A DNA stretch of 64,000 bases from an uncultured bacterium (GCA_963716985.1 OY970323.1:96001-160000), one strand, 5' to 3'. Positions 48,729 to 59,828 are shown, counted from the stretch's first letter. The notes: generated by a model from the letters alone, not told the origin. Numbers and translations are program-made.

Positions 48729-51700
48729 TTGTTTGAGTAAGGAAGCGCCTCTCTTTGGAAGCTATCTTTTAGAAGCTTCGGCAGGAACGGGCAAGACCTT
48801 TGCCATCGAACAAATTGCAGTAAGGCTCCTGATAGAAAAAGAGGGACACCTCTTGCTCGAAGAGATCTTGATTGTGACCTTCACGCGCAGGGCAGCGGCT
48901 GATTTGAAAAAAAGAATTCTATCCAACATAGAAAAAACCATCCGCTCTCTGAGCGCCCCTCAAATCTCTTTCGACGATCTGCCCGAATATCTTTCCGATC
49001 TACTTTCCCGAAAGAAAAAAGAAGAAATTTTGCGCTCCTTGCAAGAAGCCTTGCTCTTTTTCGATCGATCGCAAATTTTCACGATTCACGGATTTTGCTC
49101 GCGCATGCTGCAGGAGTTTGCTTTTGAGGCAAGGGAGGCGAGTGTTTTTTCTTGTCCCGAGGGAGAGGATGAAGAGGAGCTGAGGAGGGAGTCTTTTTTC
49201 GATCTTCTTTATTATGAAGATGTTCAGGCAAGGATGACCTCCTCTCAGTTGGGGCTTTTGCTCAAGAAATTCCAAGAGCCGAAAAGACTCTTCCGCACAC
49301 TGCAAAACGCGAAGATACAAGAGGGGCTTTCTGCCAAAGAGCTTTTGGAGAAAATGCAAGAAACGCTTTCCCTATCTCCTCTTTCGGCAAAGGAGCTTTT
49401 GGACTCTTTTGAAACGCTTTTTCCCCACTTTAAGATCTCTTCTTTCAAAAAAGAAGATCTATTCCAAGAGGCGCAGATTTACGCAAGGCTCGTAGAAAAA
49501 AAACAAGCAACTTTTGCCGATTTGGATGAGCTGTTGAAGACGAGGATTACCCTTTCTTCCTTTCTCGCATCCGAAAACAAGAAAGTCAAAGGGCCCTCTT
49601 TTGAAGAACTTGTTTCTCTCCATTCCGCTCTCTTTGTTTTTCAAGAGAAGCTCTCTTTGTTTTTGAAAAAGGCCACATCCTCCTCCCACCTGCTGTCCCA
49701 GCTGGCGCAGATGGTCGATGAAAAAATGGAAAAAAAACTCGAACAAAGCGATCGGTTTACTTTTGACCGGATCTTGAAAAAAATGAAAAAGGCCCTGGAC
49801 TATCAAGAGTTTGCGGCAGCCGTTCGCGGCAAATATCGTGCGGTGATGATCGATGAATTTCAAGATACGGATCCCCTTCAGTGGGAGATTTTTCGCCGCC
49901 TTTTTCTCGAAGAGCACACACTTGGCGAGCGTTCGGTCGGCTCTTTTTTCCTCGTAGGAGATCCCAAACAATCCATCTACCGTTTTCGAAAAGCAGATCT
50001 ATATACCTATTATGAAGCTGCTGCATTTTTGGGAAAGGAGGCCCACTTTTTTTTAGATACAAACTACCGATCCACCCCCCAGTTGGTCGCATCGATCAAT
50101 GCTCTTTTTTCGCATCAGATTTCCTCTTCCTGGCTCTTTTTGCCCGAGCTCAAAAAAGATCTTCCCTATCATTCGGTAAAATCGGGTCTGATAGAAAAAG
50201 AAGGATGGCCCGACGGAAAAAGGGCGATTCATTTTTTTATTGCTCAATGCCAAGAAACACTGTCTGCAGAACCGCTCTTTTTCTCCTATCTGTCTCGAGA
50301 GATCTACGATCTTCATACCCGCTATCGGGTGGACTTAAAAAAAATGGCCATCCTGGTGAAGGATCGCTATCAACAAGAAAGGCTCAAAGGGCATTTGCTA
50401 GAAAAAGGGATTGCTTTTGTCTCGAAAAATCAACAATCCATCGCGGAATCCGACGCAGCCTGGGCTCTTCTGGAATTTTTTCAGGCCCTTTTCTCCGTTG
50501 AAGACCACTCCTCTATTCGCAGAGCTCTCATTGGCCCTTTGATGAACTGGTCTTTTCAGGAAATGCTCTTAGATTTTGAAGAAAGTCTGGGTTATATTCT
50601 CTCTAAGCTCGCATCTCTTAGAGATCTTTTGGAAAAAGAGGGCGTTTCGCATTTTTTCCGCGCACTTCTTTCTTCCGTTTGGAGGAAAGATCAGCCCGCT
50701 CTTTTAGAAACACTGGTCTCTAGAAAGGATCTTTCCTTTTATACGGATATGGAAATGGTTTTTGATCTTTTGCAGAATCATGAAAGGCAAAGTGGATCGT
50801 CGGAAAGCTCCATTCTCTCTTTTTTTGAAGAGTTGAGAAAAGATTTTCCGCCCGAAGAGGAAAGAAACGCCCCCCCAGAGGGCGTTCAAATCATGACCCT
50901 TCATGCAGCCAAAGGGTTGGAATTCGACGTTGTGTTTGCTCTTGGCCTTGCCTCTTCTTCTCCTTTTTTTGAAGAGGAAGAGAGCGCTCTTGAAGAGGAT
51001 GCGGAAAAGATGCGGCAGTTTTACGTGGCGCTGACGCGAGCGAAGATAAGAAGCTATGTTCCGTTTATTTGGGAAGAAGATGGGCAAATAAAGAGGGGCA
51101 AAGCATCTGCCTCCGATCTTTTCTGTTCTCATGTGTTGACGGATTCCGGCCGCGAGGGCAAAATTTCTTTTTCCGCTTTTTTACAAAAGATGCAGCCTTT
51201 GAAGGAAGAGGGACAGCTGAGTTATGAAATAGTTGAGAAGATCCTTCACACGGATCCCCCCAAAGTCGAAGAGGCGGAGCTTTTCCCTCCGCCGCATATT
51301 TTCTTACAAAAATCTTCTTTGCGCGCCTATTCTTTTTCCAGCCTATCTCCGTTTGAAATCGAAAGGAAAGAGGATCTTTTTTTCGATGAAAACTATCTGT
51401 TCTCTCCCCACGTGTTTCCGCAAGGAAGAGAGATGGGCGTATGGATGCATCGTATTTTTGAAAAGGTTTTTTCTTCAGAAAGAGGAAAATCAATCGGTGC
51501 AATCATCGATGACGAGCTGCTCGGAGATCCTCTTGGCAAATATAGCAAGAAGGCGAAGGAGATGGTGGAATGCGCGCTTGGAACGCCTCTGGAAATACAG
51601 GGATCTTCTTTTTCCTTGCAGGAGGTGGAGAGAAAAAATCTTTTTGCAGAAATGGAATTTCTCTTCACGTTAGATCCTTCTTTAGACCTCATGAAAGGAT

Positions 51701-52029
51701 CGATCGATCTTCTTTTTTTCCACAGGGGAAAATATTATTTTGTGGACTGGAAGACCCATTGGCTAGGAGATAGTTTGGAGTTTTATCAAACCTCCCACTT
51801 ACAAAAAGCGATGGAGGAGCACCATTATTTTCTTCAGGCGGCCATCTACAAGCAAGCAGCGATGCGTCTTGTGGAAAAGATGAAATCTCCCGTTTCTTTT
51901 GGAGGCGCTTTTTATATTTTTTTGCGAGGACTTACCCCGGAAAAGAAAAAAAACCAGGGGGTTTTTGCTTTTTTTCCCGAACATTTGAACAGGGACTCTT
52001 CTTTATGCCTACAGCCGCTTCTTGTTTAG
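48715..52029 (+). CDS. recB: Exodeoxyribonuclease V beta subunit
   Basis: EASAGTGKT, DEFQDTD, GDPKQSIY and KGSIDL...DWKT motifs. Confidence 0.93.
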   Translation: MSAFNCLSKEAPLFGSYLLEASAGTGKTFAIEQIAVRLLIEKEGHLLLEEILIVTFTRRAAADLKKRILSNIEKTIRSLSAPQISFDDLPEYLSDLLSRKKKEEILRSLQEALLFFDRSQIFTIHGFCSRMLQEFAFEAREASVFSCPEGEDEEELRRESFFDLLYYEDVQARMTSSQLGLLLKKFQEPKRLFRTLQNAKIQEGLSAKELLEKMQETLSLSPLSAKELLDSFETLFPHFKISSFKKEDLFQEAQIYARLVEKKQATFADLDELLKTRITLSSFLASENKKVKGPSFEELVSLHSALFVFQEKLSLFLKKATSSSHLLSQLAQMVDEKMEKKLEQSDRFTFDRILKKMKKALDYQEFAAAVRGKYRAVMIDEFQDTDPLQWEIFRRLFLEEHTLGERSVGSFFLVGDPKQSIYRFRKADLYTYYEAAAFLGKEAHFFLDTNYRSTPQLVASINALFSHQISSSWLFLPELKKDLPYHSVKSGLIEKEGWPDGKRAIHFFIAQCQETLSAEPLFFSYLSREIYDLHTRYRVDLKKMAILVKDRYQQERLKGHLLEKGIAFVSKNQQSIAESDAAWALLEFFQALFSVEDHSSIRRALIGPLMNWSFQEMLLDFEESLGYILSKLASLRDLLEKEGVSHFFRALLSSVWRKDQPALLETLVSRKDLSFYTDMEMVFDLLQNHERQSGSSESSILSFFEELRKDFPPEEERNAPPEGVQIMTLHAAKGLEFDVVFALGLASSSPFFEEEESALEEDAEKMRQFYVALTRAKIRSYVPFIWEEDGQIKRGKASASDLFCSHVLTDSGREGKISFSAFLQKMQPLKEEGQLSYEIVEKILHTDPPKVEEAELFPPPHIFLQKSSLRAYSFSSLSPFEIERKEDLFFDENYLFSPHVFPQGREMGVWMHRIFEKVFSSERGKSIGAIIDDELLGDPLGKYSKKAKEMVECALGTPLEIQGSSFSLQEVERKNLFAEMEFLFTLDPSLDLMKGSIDLLFFHRGKYYFVDWKTHWLGDSLEFYQTSHLQKAMEEHHYFLQAAIYKQAAMRLVEKMKSPVSFGGAFYIFLRGLTPEKKKNQGVFAFFPEHLNRDSSLCLQPLLV

Positions 52030-53768
52030 AAATGAAGATCTTTTCTCCTTTAGAAATTGCTTTTGCGAAAAAGATTCTGACATCGATTGAAAAAGAAAAT
52101 GAAGAGGAGGCTCTTTTTCTCTCCTATCTATTCGCTGCATCAATTGAGGGCCATCTCTGCGTTGCGTACAAAGAAAAACTTGTCCCAAGCCCCTCTTTCT
52201 TGTGGGACAGGCCCTCTTGTGAAGAGGTCAGAGTGACGGAAAGCTGTCTGGAGGAAAAAATCATTCGGGGATTGCACAAGATCCTCTCGAAAAAAGAAGG
52301 GCAGAACGGCGCTCTTTCTGATGCCATTTGCGTCGAAGAGTCTCGAGTCTATTTGCAGAGAAATCATTTTTTTGAAACCAAAATTGCGAGCAGCTTTGCT
52401 CGTCTGTTGCAAGCAAAGCCGGCAGATCTTTTTCTTCGTGAAAAATTCTTATATGAGCTGCAGCAAAGACAAGAACGCGGTTTTCTTTTAGAAGAGCAAA
52501 GAGAGTCGATCGAAAAAAGTCTGACCCTTTCCCTCTCGTTGATTGTGGGAGGTCCGGGAACGGGAAAGACCTATACGGCAGCAGAAATGATCTCTCTTTT
52601 TTCCGCCTGTTTCAACAGGGAAAAAAAGAAGAAGCTGCGCATCGCCCTTGCAGCGCCCACGGGGCGGGCCGCGGAGCATTTGAAACAGGCGGTAGGGAAG
52701 CGCTGTGCTCTCGATTGCGCAGAAGCTATTTTTTTGACCCTTCACTCTCTTTTGAAAATACATGAGGGACATGCATGGCCCTTGGAACAAAGGCCCCAAA
52801 TGGCCGATCTGATCATCGTCGATGAAGCTTCGATGATCGATCCCAGGCTCATGGCCTGTTTGCTGGACTCCCTTCCTTCTTCATCAAGGCTTGTTCTCAT
52901 GGGAGATGCCCATCAGCTTCCCGCAGTGGAGGGGGGCAGTATTTTTGCCGAAATGGCCAAGAAAAAATCCTTCCGAGGCAGATCTTTTTCTACGCTTTTA
53001 AAGCATGCTGTGCGTTTTGAAAATGAGGCGATTGTCCGGTTTTCTCAAGACATTCTGGAAGGAAGGAGCGAAGAGGCTTTTGTGGAGAATCAAAAGGGGG
53101 TCTCTTTTCATTTTGTAGAAGAAGAAAGAAAGATGCGCGAAGAATTTTTTGATCTCGGAGGGGGATTTTTTATGCCCCCTTTTGTTGGTAAGGTGGACGT
53201 GGAGGGGTGCTTTGCGTTTTTGCACCGATTTCGACTCCTCTGTCCCTTAAGGAACTCTTTGCTCGGAACGCATGTGCTCAACCGGATGTTTTTTCAAGAG
53301 CTCATGAAAAGGCTCTCTTTTGGGGAAGAGGCTTTTTTCCCTATCTTGATGACGCGCAATGATCCCGACAATAAAATTTCCAATGGCACGCTCGGAATGG
53401 TCCATTTTGTTTTTCGAGGGGAAAAAAACCCATTTCTTCCGACAGACCCTGTCTATTTTTGGGATGGGGAGGGAAACAAATTGCGCACACTTCCCCTTTG
53501 TGCACTTGGCCCCTTTGAAGCCGGGTTTTGCCTCTCCGTTCACAAAAGCCAAGGGAGCGAATTTTCCGAAGTGTTTCTTCTTCTCCCTCCCGGATGCGAG
53601 AGGTTCGGAAAAGAAATGCTCTATACGGCAGCAACGCGTGCAAAGAAAACCCTTTTCATGATCGGAAGAAAGAAAACAATAGAAGAGCTCTTTAAGAGAG
53701 GATCTCTAAAGAGCTCGGGCTTATTGAAAAAACTGCAAGATTGCGAACATTTAAGCGTTCCTCTGTAA
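52005..53768 (+). CDS. recD: Exodeoxyribonuclease V alpha subunit
   Basis: GGPGTGKT, DEASMID and VHKSQGSEF motifs. Confidence 0.93.
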   Translation: MPTAASCLEMKIFSPLEIAFAKKILTSIEKENEEEALFLSYLFAASIEGHLCVAYKEKLVPSPSFLWDRPSCEEVRVTESCLEEKIIRGLHKILSKKEGQNGALSDAICVEESRVYLQRNHFFETKIASSFARLLQAKPADLFLREKFLYELQQRQERGFLLEEQRESIEKSLTLSLSLIVGGPGTGKTYTAAEMISLFSACFNREKKKKLRIALAAPTGRAAEHLKQAVGKRCALDCAEAIFLTLHSLLKIHEGHAWPLEQRPQMADLIIVDEASMIDPRLMACLLDSLPSSSRLVLMGDAHQLPAVEGGSIFAEMAKKKSFRGRSFSTLLKHAVRFENEAIVRFSQDILEGRSEEAFVENQKGVSFHFVEEERKMREEFFDLGGGFFMPPFVGKVDVEGCFAFLHRFRLLCPLRNSLLGTHVLNRMFFQELMKRLSFGEEAFFPILMTRNDPDNKISNGTLGMVHFVFRGEKNPFLPTDPVYFWDGEGNKLRTLPLCALGPFEAGFCLSVHKSQGSEFSEVFLLLPPGCERFGKEMLYTAATRAKKTLFMIGRKKTIEELFKRGSLKSSGLLKKLQDCEHLSVPL

Positions 53769-54134
53769 GAGCGTTGCCAATCTTGATTTGTTACGGGAAG
53801 CGAAATTGGATTCTAAAATGCCCTTTTTCACCCCTTTGTCAAGAAGACTGTGAATGACCGAAAGTTTCGCCCGGAGTTTCGAATCCTCCTCTTTCTTTTG
53901 AACGGATGTTCGCAGGCTGCGAATGGCATTTTTTGTTTTTGACTGGAAAGACTTATTGATCAAACGTCTTTTGTTATTTTGCATTTCGCGTTTTTGTGCA
54001 GTAGGTCTTCGTACGTTCCCTTCTTTTTTTTCTTTTCCTGCTTCGGCAGGGGCGGCAGCCTTGGCCTTTTGTTCTTTAGGCTCTTGTGACTTAGCGGGTT
54101 CTGCTGCTTTTTGCTCTTCTACTTTTTTTTCCAT
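53751..54134 (-). CDS. rpsT: 30S ribosomal protein S20 with N-terminal extension
   Basis: RRPTAQKR...NKSFQSKTKNAIR...LDKGVKKGIL...ASRNKSRL. Confidence 0.9.
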   Translation of the reverse strand: MEKKVEEQKAAEPAKSQEPKEQKAKAAAPAEAGKEKKEGNVRRPTAQKREMQNNKRRLINKSFQSKTKNAIRSLRTSVQKKEEDSKLRAKLSVIHSLLDKGVKKGILESNFASRNKSRLATLLQRNA

Positions 54135-54399
54135 TTCTCCTCGCGGGGTTATAGAAATTTTCAGAAATGCGTCTACTATAAACAGGGGCGATTAATCCGT
54201 CAAAGGTTCTTTCATCAGTTCGCGGGGAAAATAGTAAATACAAGAAAGCGTGAAAAATTCTCTTTAATTCTGTATATTGAATTTTTTGAAAAAAGCAGAA
54301 GTTTTTATCATGGATTTTTGGGGGATCTTTGTTGACTTAAAGACGGGGAATTCTCCAAAATGGGCTGGGCTTTTTTCAAGAGTTTACCCATAGGATCAC

Positions 54400-56064
54400 A
54401 TGGCACATACTGCATCATTTCCTGAGTTTACCGCTCCTCAGCAGCAAAAAATCGATGAACTTGTCACCATTGCGAAAGAGCAGGGCTTTATCACCTTTGA
54501 GGAGATGAATGAAATCCTTCCTATGACCTTCGATTCTCCCGAGCAGATCGATCAGGTCTTGATTTTCCTCTCAGGTATGGATATTCAGGTTCTCAACCTT
54601 GCAGAGGTGGAAAGGCAGAAAGAGAGAAAGAAAGAAGCGAAAGAGCTAGAAGCCCTTCCCAAAAGGATGGAGGGATCGTCCGACGATCCCGTGCGCATGT
54701 ATTTGAAAGAGATGGGGTCGGTTCCCCTGCTTTCTCGCGAAGAAGAAGTGGAAATTTCCAAAAGGATCGAAAAGGCGCAGGTCCAGGTGGAAAAAATCAT
54801 CATGAGGTTTCGCTTTTCCACACGCGAGGCCATTTCCATTGCCCACTACCTTACCTCTTCGAAAGAAAGATTTGATAAAATCATTACGGAAAAAGAAGTT
54901 CCGGACAAACAAAAATATTTGCAGCTGCTTCCCAAATTATGCTCTTTGCTCAAAGAAGAGGACAGTTTTTTAGAAGAGTTTCTCGTCCAACTGATCAATC
55001 CCTCTTTGAAGAAAGATTTGCGCATGAAGAACATGGAAGAGAGCGAAAAATGCCGCATACGCACGCAGGCCTACCTTCGAAGATTTTATTTTCGCCATAA
55101 TGTGATCGAAGATTTTGGCGAAGTGATTCTGTCGGGATATGATCGCTTTTTGCAGCTGGAAAAAGAGATGCAGGAGCTAGGGCCGAGGGCCGAGAAGAAT
55201 AAGTTTGCTTTGGCCAGGCTCGCTGCCGTGAAAAGAAAACTTTATAAGCGCGAGCTTGCGGCCGGACGTTCTCTTGAAGAGTTCAAGAAGGATGTCAAGA
55301 TGCTGCAGCGCTGGATGGACAAGAGCCAAGAAGCCAAAAGAGAGATGGTGGAGTCCAATTTGCGGCTCGTGATTTCGATTGCGAAGAAATATACGAACCG
55401 CGGCCTTTCCTTTTTGGATTTGATTCAAGAAGGCAACATGGGCCTTATGAAGGCGGTAGAGAAATTTGAGTATCGCCGCGGATATAAATTTTCCACTTAT
55501 GCTACCTGGTGGATTCGTCAAGCGGTGACACGCGCGATTGCAGATCAGGCCCGCACGATTCGCATTCCCGTGCACATGATCGAAACTATTAATAAGGTGC
55601 TCAGAGGAGCGAAAAAGCTGATGATGGAGACGGGCAAAGAACCCACTCCGGAAGAGCTTGCAAAAGAGCTTGCAATGACCCCCGAGCGTGTCCGAGAAAT
55701 TTATAAAATTGCACAGCACCCCATCTCTTTGCAAGCGGAAGTGGGAGACGGCGGAGAGAGCCAATTTGGAGATTTTCTTGAAGATACCGTCATTGAATCC
55801 CCTGCCGAGGCGACCGGTTATTCCATTTTAAAAGACAAGATGAATGAAGTATTAGCGACGCTCACCGATCGAGAAAGAACCGTTCTCATTGAACGTTTCG
55901 GCCTCCTCGACGGCAAGCCCAAAACTTTGGAGGAAGTGGGCATCCGATTCAAAGTAACAAGAGAGCGCGTTCGTCAAATCGAAGCCAAGGCCCTTCGCAA
56001 AATGCGCCACCCTACACGGGCCAAGCAGTTGCAAGCCTTCTTGGATCTTCTCGAAGGGGAATAG
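54400..56064 (+). CDS. rpoD: RNA polymerase primary sigma factor
   Basis: [35 protein letters not shown] and [10 protein letters not shown] motifs. Confidence 0.97.
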   Translation: MAHTASFPEFTAPQQQKIDELVTIAKEQGFITFEEMNEILPMTFDSPEQIDQVLIFLSGMDIQVLNLAEVERQKERKKEAKELEALPKRMEGSSDDPVRMYLKEMGSVPLLSREEEVEISKRIEKAQVQVEKIIMRFRFSTREAISIAHYLTSSKERFDKIITEKEVPDKQKYLQLLPKLCSLLKEEDSFLEEFLVQLINPSLKKDLRMKNMEESEKCRIRTQAYLRRFYFRHNVIEDFGEVILSGYDRFLQLEKEMQELGPRAEKNKFALARLAAVKRKLYKRELAAGRSLEEFKKDVKMLQRWMDKSQEAKREMVESNLRLVISIAKKYTNRGLSFLDLIQEGNMGLMKAVEKFEYRRGYKFSTYATWWIRQAVTRAIADQARTIRIPVHMIETINKVLRGAKKLMMETGKEPTPEELAKELAMTPERVREIYKIAQHPISLQAEVGDGGESQFGDFLEDTVIESPAEATGYSILKDKMNEVLATLTDRERTVLIERFGLLDGKPKTLEEVGIRFKVTRERVRQIEAKALRKMRHPTRAKQLQAFLDLLEGE

Positions 56065-56163
56065 AAGCTTTGATTTTCCATGATAAAAACCAATGGGAAT
56101 TGGTTTGCCTTATGCAAAAAAATCCCCGCGTCAAGCAGCTTTACATTCATGATTTTGGGAGAT

Positions 56164-56236
56164 TGGAGTGTATCGGGATCGAACCGACGACCTCAACAAT
56201 GCCATTGTTGCGCTCTACCAACTGAGCTAACACCCC
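56164..56236 (-). tRNA. tRNA-Ala(GGC), CCA not encoded
   Basis: GGGGTGT/ACACTCC stem with G3:U70; anticodon arm CAACA-ATGGCAT-TGTTG. Confidence 0.96.
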
Positions 56237-56306
56237 GAAAAAAGCTTTTTTAGCTTACCTGCTTTTCCATTTTGTGAAAAGAGTGCAACTTTTTTTAACA
56301 GTAAAC

Positions 56307-56341
56307 GAGTAGTCTAGAGGGATTTCACCTCTAGACTACTC
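56307..56341. other. Perfect 14-bp stem-loop immediately upstream of the group II intron (probable target structure)
   Basis: GAGTAGTCTAGAGG-GATTTCA-CCTCTAGACTACTC. Confidence 0.7.
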
Positions 56342-56342
56342 A

Positions 56343-58383
56343 TTGTGCCTGGCATGAATAAGACCTAATCGGTGAAAGTCCGATCGTAACCCAGAAAGGA
56401 GGGAATACGTAGACGAAGAGGCAAGGGTGTCCAAAGAAACCTTTACGAGCTGCTGAGAAACCAGACAAAACAGAATCGAAAAAGGCCAATGCGAAATCTG
56501 AAAGAAGCCTAATCAAATTTGCCACCTAAACGAAAGTGAACCTTCGTAAGGCAGGAGAAGAGGGTGAGATAGCTGACAGTATCAAAACCCAAAATCCTTT
56601 ACGTATCCTTCTCAAGTAGTGAAGGTGGGTGGGCAAAGAAAGGGATTATTCTTACCCAGGGAGAATCCGTTGGGAAACCGGAGACATGTAACTACGACAT
56701 AGATCTCCTAAGCACTACAGCGATGTGGATGTTACGGACCAAAGGATTTCGGATTCGGTCATAGTAGTCGTAAAACTGTGAGCCTAAGAGGGTGTGGTGA
56801 CACACCTGAGGATAAAACTCATAGAAAGAGACGCGAGTCGAGGCGAAGGACCGAACATGTTAATGTGCAAACTCTAACATCTGAAGCTATTGTTCTGAGA
56901 TTTGAAGAAACCACCTCAATCCAAAAGAACATCGTAATGTTCCCGGAGGAAAGAGGAATCGACGAAAGAACAATACAAAAGGAGAAGCGAAATGAACAAG
57001 AGCAAGCAACTTGAATTTCAATTTCAAACAGATCTCTTCGAGCAGATCTGCGCACTTGAAACTCTCATGGAAGCTTTTAAATCCGTAAAACGGAATAAAG
57101 GGGCCCCTGGGATAGATGGAATTACCATCGAAAAGTACGAAGAAAATCTCGAAGAGAACCTGAAACAGCTCAAGGCAGAAGTTTTGAGTTGGATATATAA
57201 ACCAACACCCGTAAAACGAGTGGAAATACCAAAACCAGGAGAAAAAGGGATCAGATTGCTCGGAATTCCTATCGTAAAAGATAGAGTTCTCCACATGGCA
57301 ATAAAGATGGTTTTAGAGCCCATCATAGATCCCACATTCTCAGAAAACAGTTTTGGATTTCGTCCTGGAAGGAACCAACAACAAGCGGTTCAACAAGCTC
57401 AGAAAATCGTGCTATCAGGAAAAGAGTATGTAGCGGACATAGATCTTTCGAAATTCTTCGATAGGATCAACCACGACAGGCTCATCTACAGACTGAAAGG
57501 ACACGTAAAAGACCCAAGAATTTTAAAGCTAATCGGAATGATCTTGCGCGGAGGAGTCATGATAGATGGGGTTAAAACTCCATCAGAAGAAGGATCTGTA
57601 CAAGGCAGTCCATTAAGCCCGCTCTTGAGTAACGTTGTCTTGGATGAATTAGATAAAGAACTGGAAAAGCGCAACCTGGAGTTCTGCCGTTTCGCTGATG
57701 ATTGCAACATATTTGCAAAATCACAGAGAGCAGCAGAGAGAATCATGCAATCGATAAAGAAATTTATCGAAAAGAAACTCAAACTCAAGGTCAATGAAGA
57801 AAAGAGCAAAACCAGAAAATCGAAAGAAGTAAAATTTCTAGGCATGACGATCATCGAAGGAACAATAACCATCGCCAAAGCCGCTTATGATAAGGCAATG
57901 GAGAAGGTGAGAAGTATGATTCCTAGAGGATCCCACCTACCCATTGAGAAAGCCATGAAAGAAGTAAACACATGGTATCAGGGATGGGCATCTTACTTCA
58001 AGATGACCCAATACCCTTCTCAACTGAGGGGGATAGAGGCTCATATCAGGAGAAGATTTAGAGCCCGAATCATTTATCAGCAAAAGAAGAAAAGAAATCT
58101 TCTTTCGTTGCTGCTGAAAAGAGGAATAGAGAAGAAAAGGGCAGGTAAAACGGTATACTCCAACCGAGGCACTTGGAATCTGTCTCATACAGCAGTCCTA
58201 GATAAAGCTTTTTCGGTAAGATGGTTTATAGAACAAGCAGGACAAATAATAATTTCCAACGTAACAATGAGACATTGGTTCGAGATTGAGAAATGGGTAA
58301 AATTAACATGAAGAGCCGTGTACGGACCCGTACGCACGGTTCTGTGAGAGGACGGAGCCCAAAGAGGGCTCCTCCTACTCGGC
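56343..58383 (+). mobile_element. Group II intron, IIC-like
   Basis: 5' TTGTGCCTGGCATG; GCAAGGGTGTCC and AATCTGAAAGAAGC domain I motifs; short D5 GAGCCGTGTACGGACCCGTACGCACGGTTC; D6 ending CCTACTCGGC. Ends uncertain by 1-2 nt. Confidence 0.88.
56992..58311 (+). CDS. ltrA: Group II intron reverse transcriptase/maturase (no endonuclease domain)
   Basis: GAPGIDG, RLLGIP, SFGFRPGR, QGSPLSPLLSN and FADD motifs. Confidence 0.95.
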   Translation: MNKSKQLEFQFQTDLFEQICALETLMEAFKSVKRNKGAPGIDGITIEKYEENLEENLKQLKAEVLSWIYKPTPVKRVEIPKPGEKGIRLLGIPIVKDRVLHMAIKMVLEPIIDPTFSENSFGFRPGRNQQQAVQQAQKIVLSGKEYVADIDLSKFFDRINHDRLIYRLKGHVKDPRILKLIGMILRGGVMIDGVKTPSEEGSVQGSPLSPLLSNVVLDELDKELEKRNLEFCRFADDCNIFAKSQRAAERIMQSIKKFIEKKLKLKVNEEKSKTRKSKEVKFLGMTIIEGTITIAKAAYDKAMEKVRSMIPRGSHLPIEKAMKEVNTWYQGWASYFKMTQYPSQLRGIEAHIRRRFRARIIYQQKKKRNLLSLLLKRGIEKKRAGKTVYSNRGTWNLSHTAVLDKAFSVRWFIEQAGQIIISNVTMRHWFEIEKWVKLT

Positions 58384-58480
58384 CTTTAATTTGCGCAGGG
58401 TGCAGTTTGAATTCCTGAGATAGGTCTGCCAAGGTTTTGTTTTCCTTCAGCGCCTCGAGAGCTGGGGTGTGACAAACTCA

Positions 58481-59812
58481 CTAAAACCCCGCCGCTTCCA
58501 TCAATGAACTTCCAGCATGTTCATGTATAACATTTTTAGCTCGATTTTTTTTCCTCCACGATCCGAGAGCTTTTCTTCTCTTGGAGAGTAATGTTGATCC
58601 TATCTGCTCTTTTGCCCAAGCGTCGACGTCTGCCGTGCTGACCTGTTTCATGGCTGCACTGACTATATCAGCGTCCACTTTGCCAACACATGCAGCGGTT
58701 CCCAGGATAAGCGATGTAAAACCCCCCTTGCTTTGATCTTGCTCAAGACTCTTTAATTTTCCAAATAATGATTCAATGATCTCACTCGATCCTACCCAGA
58801 CCCGACCAACAGGAACAATTTTCGATTGCTCCTGGTAAAAATCTATCAACATCCCAGCGTATTCGCATGCCTGTTCGTTAAAATTCAATAGTTCCATTGC
58901 ATTTTCTAGCACCGTATTAATTTGATCGCCTGTGGTGGTGCAAATGCCATGCTCACGAATATACTGCCTAACTTTCTGGCTGATGAGAGTCATTTGTTTC
59001 AGACGCTCAAGGAGTTCTTTATGTTGGCGTATCCAGCCACAGTATTTCTCGAGCAGTGCTTTGTCAGGGTGCTTTGGGTTTTCCAGAGCTATTATAATGT
59101 CGATTCCCCAAAGCACAAGAATCTCAATATTAAGAAATCGGGATTTTGTCCTCTGATTTGGAGGAGCAAGGTGGGCTGCTTGTGTCTGCTGCATCTTTCT
59201 TTTCGCTTCTGCTGCTGCAGAAGTAAATGCTTGCCATTCCGGATCTTTTTCCAAAAGCTTCTTCAAAAATGTACCGATTTTGTGAGTGGCATCAAAAATT
59301 CGACCTACATTGTGTTTTTTACAAAAAAGAACAATTCCTCCTCGTAGATCTGGACCGTCATCAGCACATACCATCGCGACAGTTCCCACTCTTTTTTGCG
59401 CCTTTTCCAGAGCCTTGCAAACGATTTTTGCATCAGATTTTTCGTGGATCTCCATAATCAGCGTTTCCATATCTTCGAATGTGAGCGCTTTTCCTTGGAG
59501 CTTGCTAAGTCTTACCCCCAAAATCACAAGAAATTTATGCGAACCAATCTGGACTGAGTTGTCGATGATTAGCGCCCAGTCGTCTGCCTGTTCTTTCAAG
59601 CAATTTAATTTATAGAGGCCGACCTGAGTAAGCCATCTGCTAATGCTTTTATATGTAGGAATTGCCTGATTTTTCACAGCGGCGAATTGAGAAAACGCGA
59701 TATGGATGGATTTGGGAGCTGCCCGGAATGAAATGGCTGCTTGCAAAACAAGCTTAATACACATGACAATCATTAAGATGGGGTACCAGCGACGAGGCGC
59801 TTTCTTTCCCAT
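58481..59812 (-). CDS. DDE transposase OrfB
   Basis: IDNS, ADDGPDL, DATH and GSSEIIESLFGKLK motifs. Confidence 0.85.
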   Translation of the reverse strand: MGKKAPRRWYPILMIVMCIKLVLQAAISFRAAPKSIHIAFSQFAAVKNQAIPTYKSISRWLTQVGLYKLNCLKEQADDWALIIDNSVQIGSHKFLVILGVRLSKLQGKALTFEDMETLIMEIHEKSDAKIVCKALEKAQKRVGTVAMVCADDGPDLRGGIVLFCKKHNVGRIFDATHKIGTFLKKLLEKDPEWQAFTSAAAEAKRKMQQTQAAHLAPPNQRTKSRFLNIEILVLWGIDIIIALENPKHPDKALLEKYCGWIRQHKELLERLKQMTLISQKVRQYIREHGICTTTGDQINTVLENAMELLNFNEQACEYAGMLIDFYQEQSKIVPVGRVWVGSSEIIESLFGKLKSLEQDQSKGGFTSLILGTAACVGKVDADIVSAAMKQVSTADVDAWAKEQIGSTLLSKRRKALGSWRKKNRAKNVIHEHAGSSLMEAAGF

Positions 59813-59828
59813 TTGCGGGATTAGATTT

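Noticed and set aside
45519..53768. Numerous 60-220 aa antisense or alternate-frame ORFs within recCBD and other long genes
   Set aside because: Shadow ORFs overlapping well-supported genes, with no recognisable motifs.
54010..54134. Charged N-terminal extension of S20
   Set aside because: Low-complexity; chlamydial S20 proteins commonly have N-terminal extensions.
56992..58311. RT as a retron, DGR or defence RT
   Set aside because: The flanking domain I, D5 and D6 RNA motifs and the maturase region identify a group II intron.
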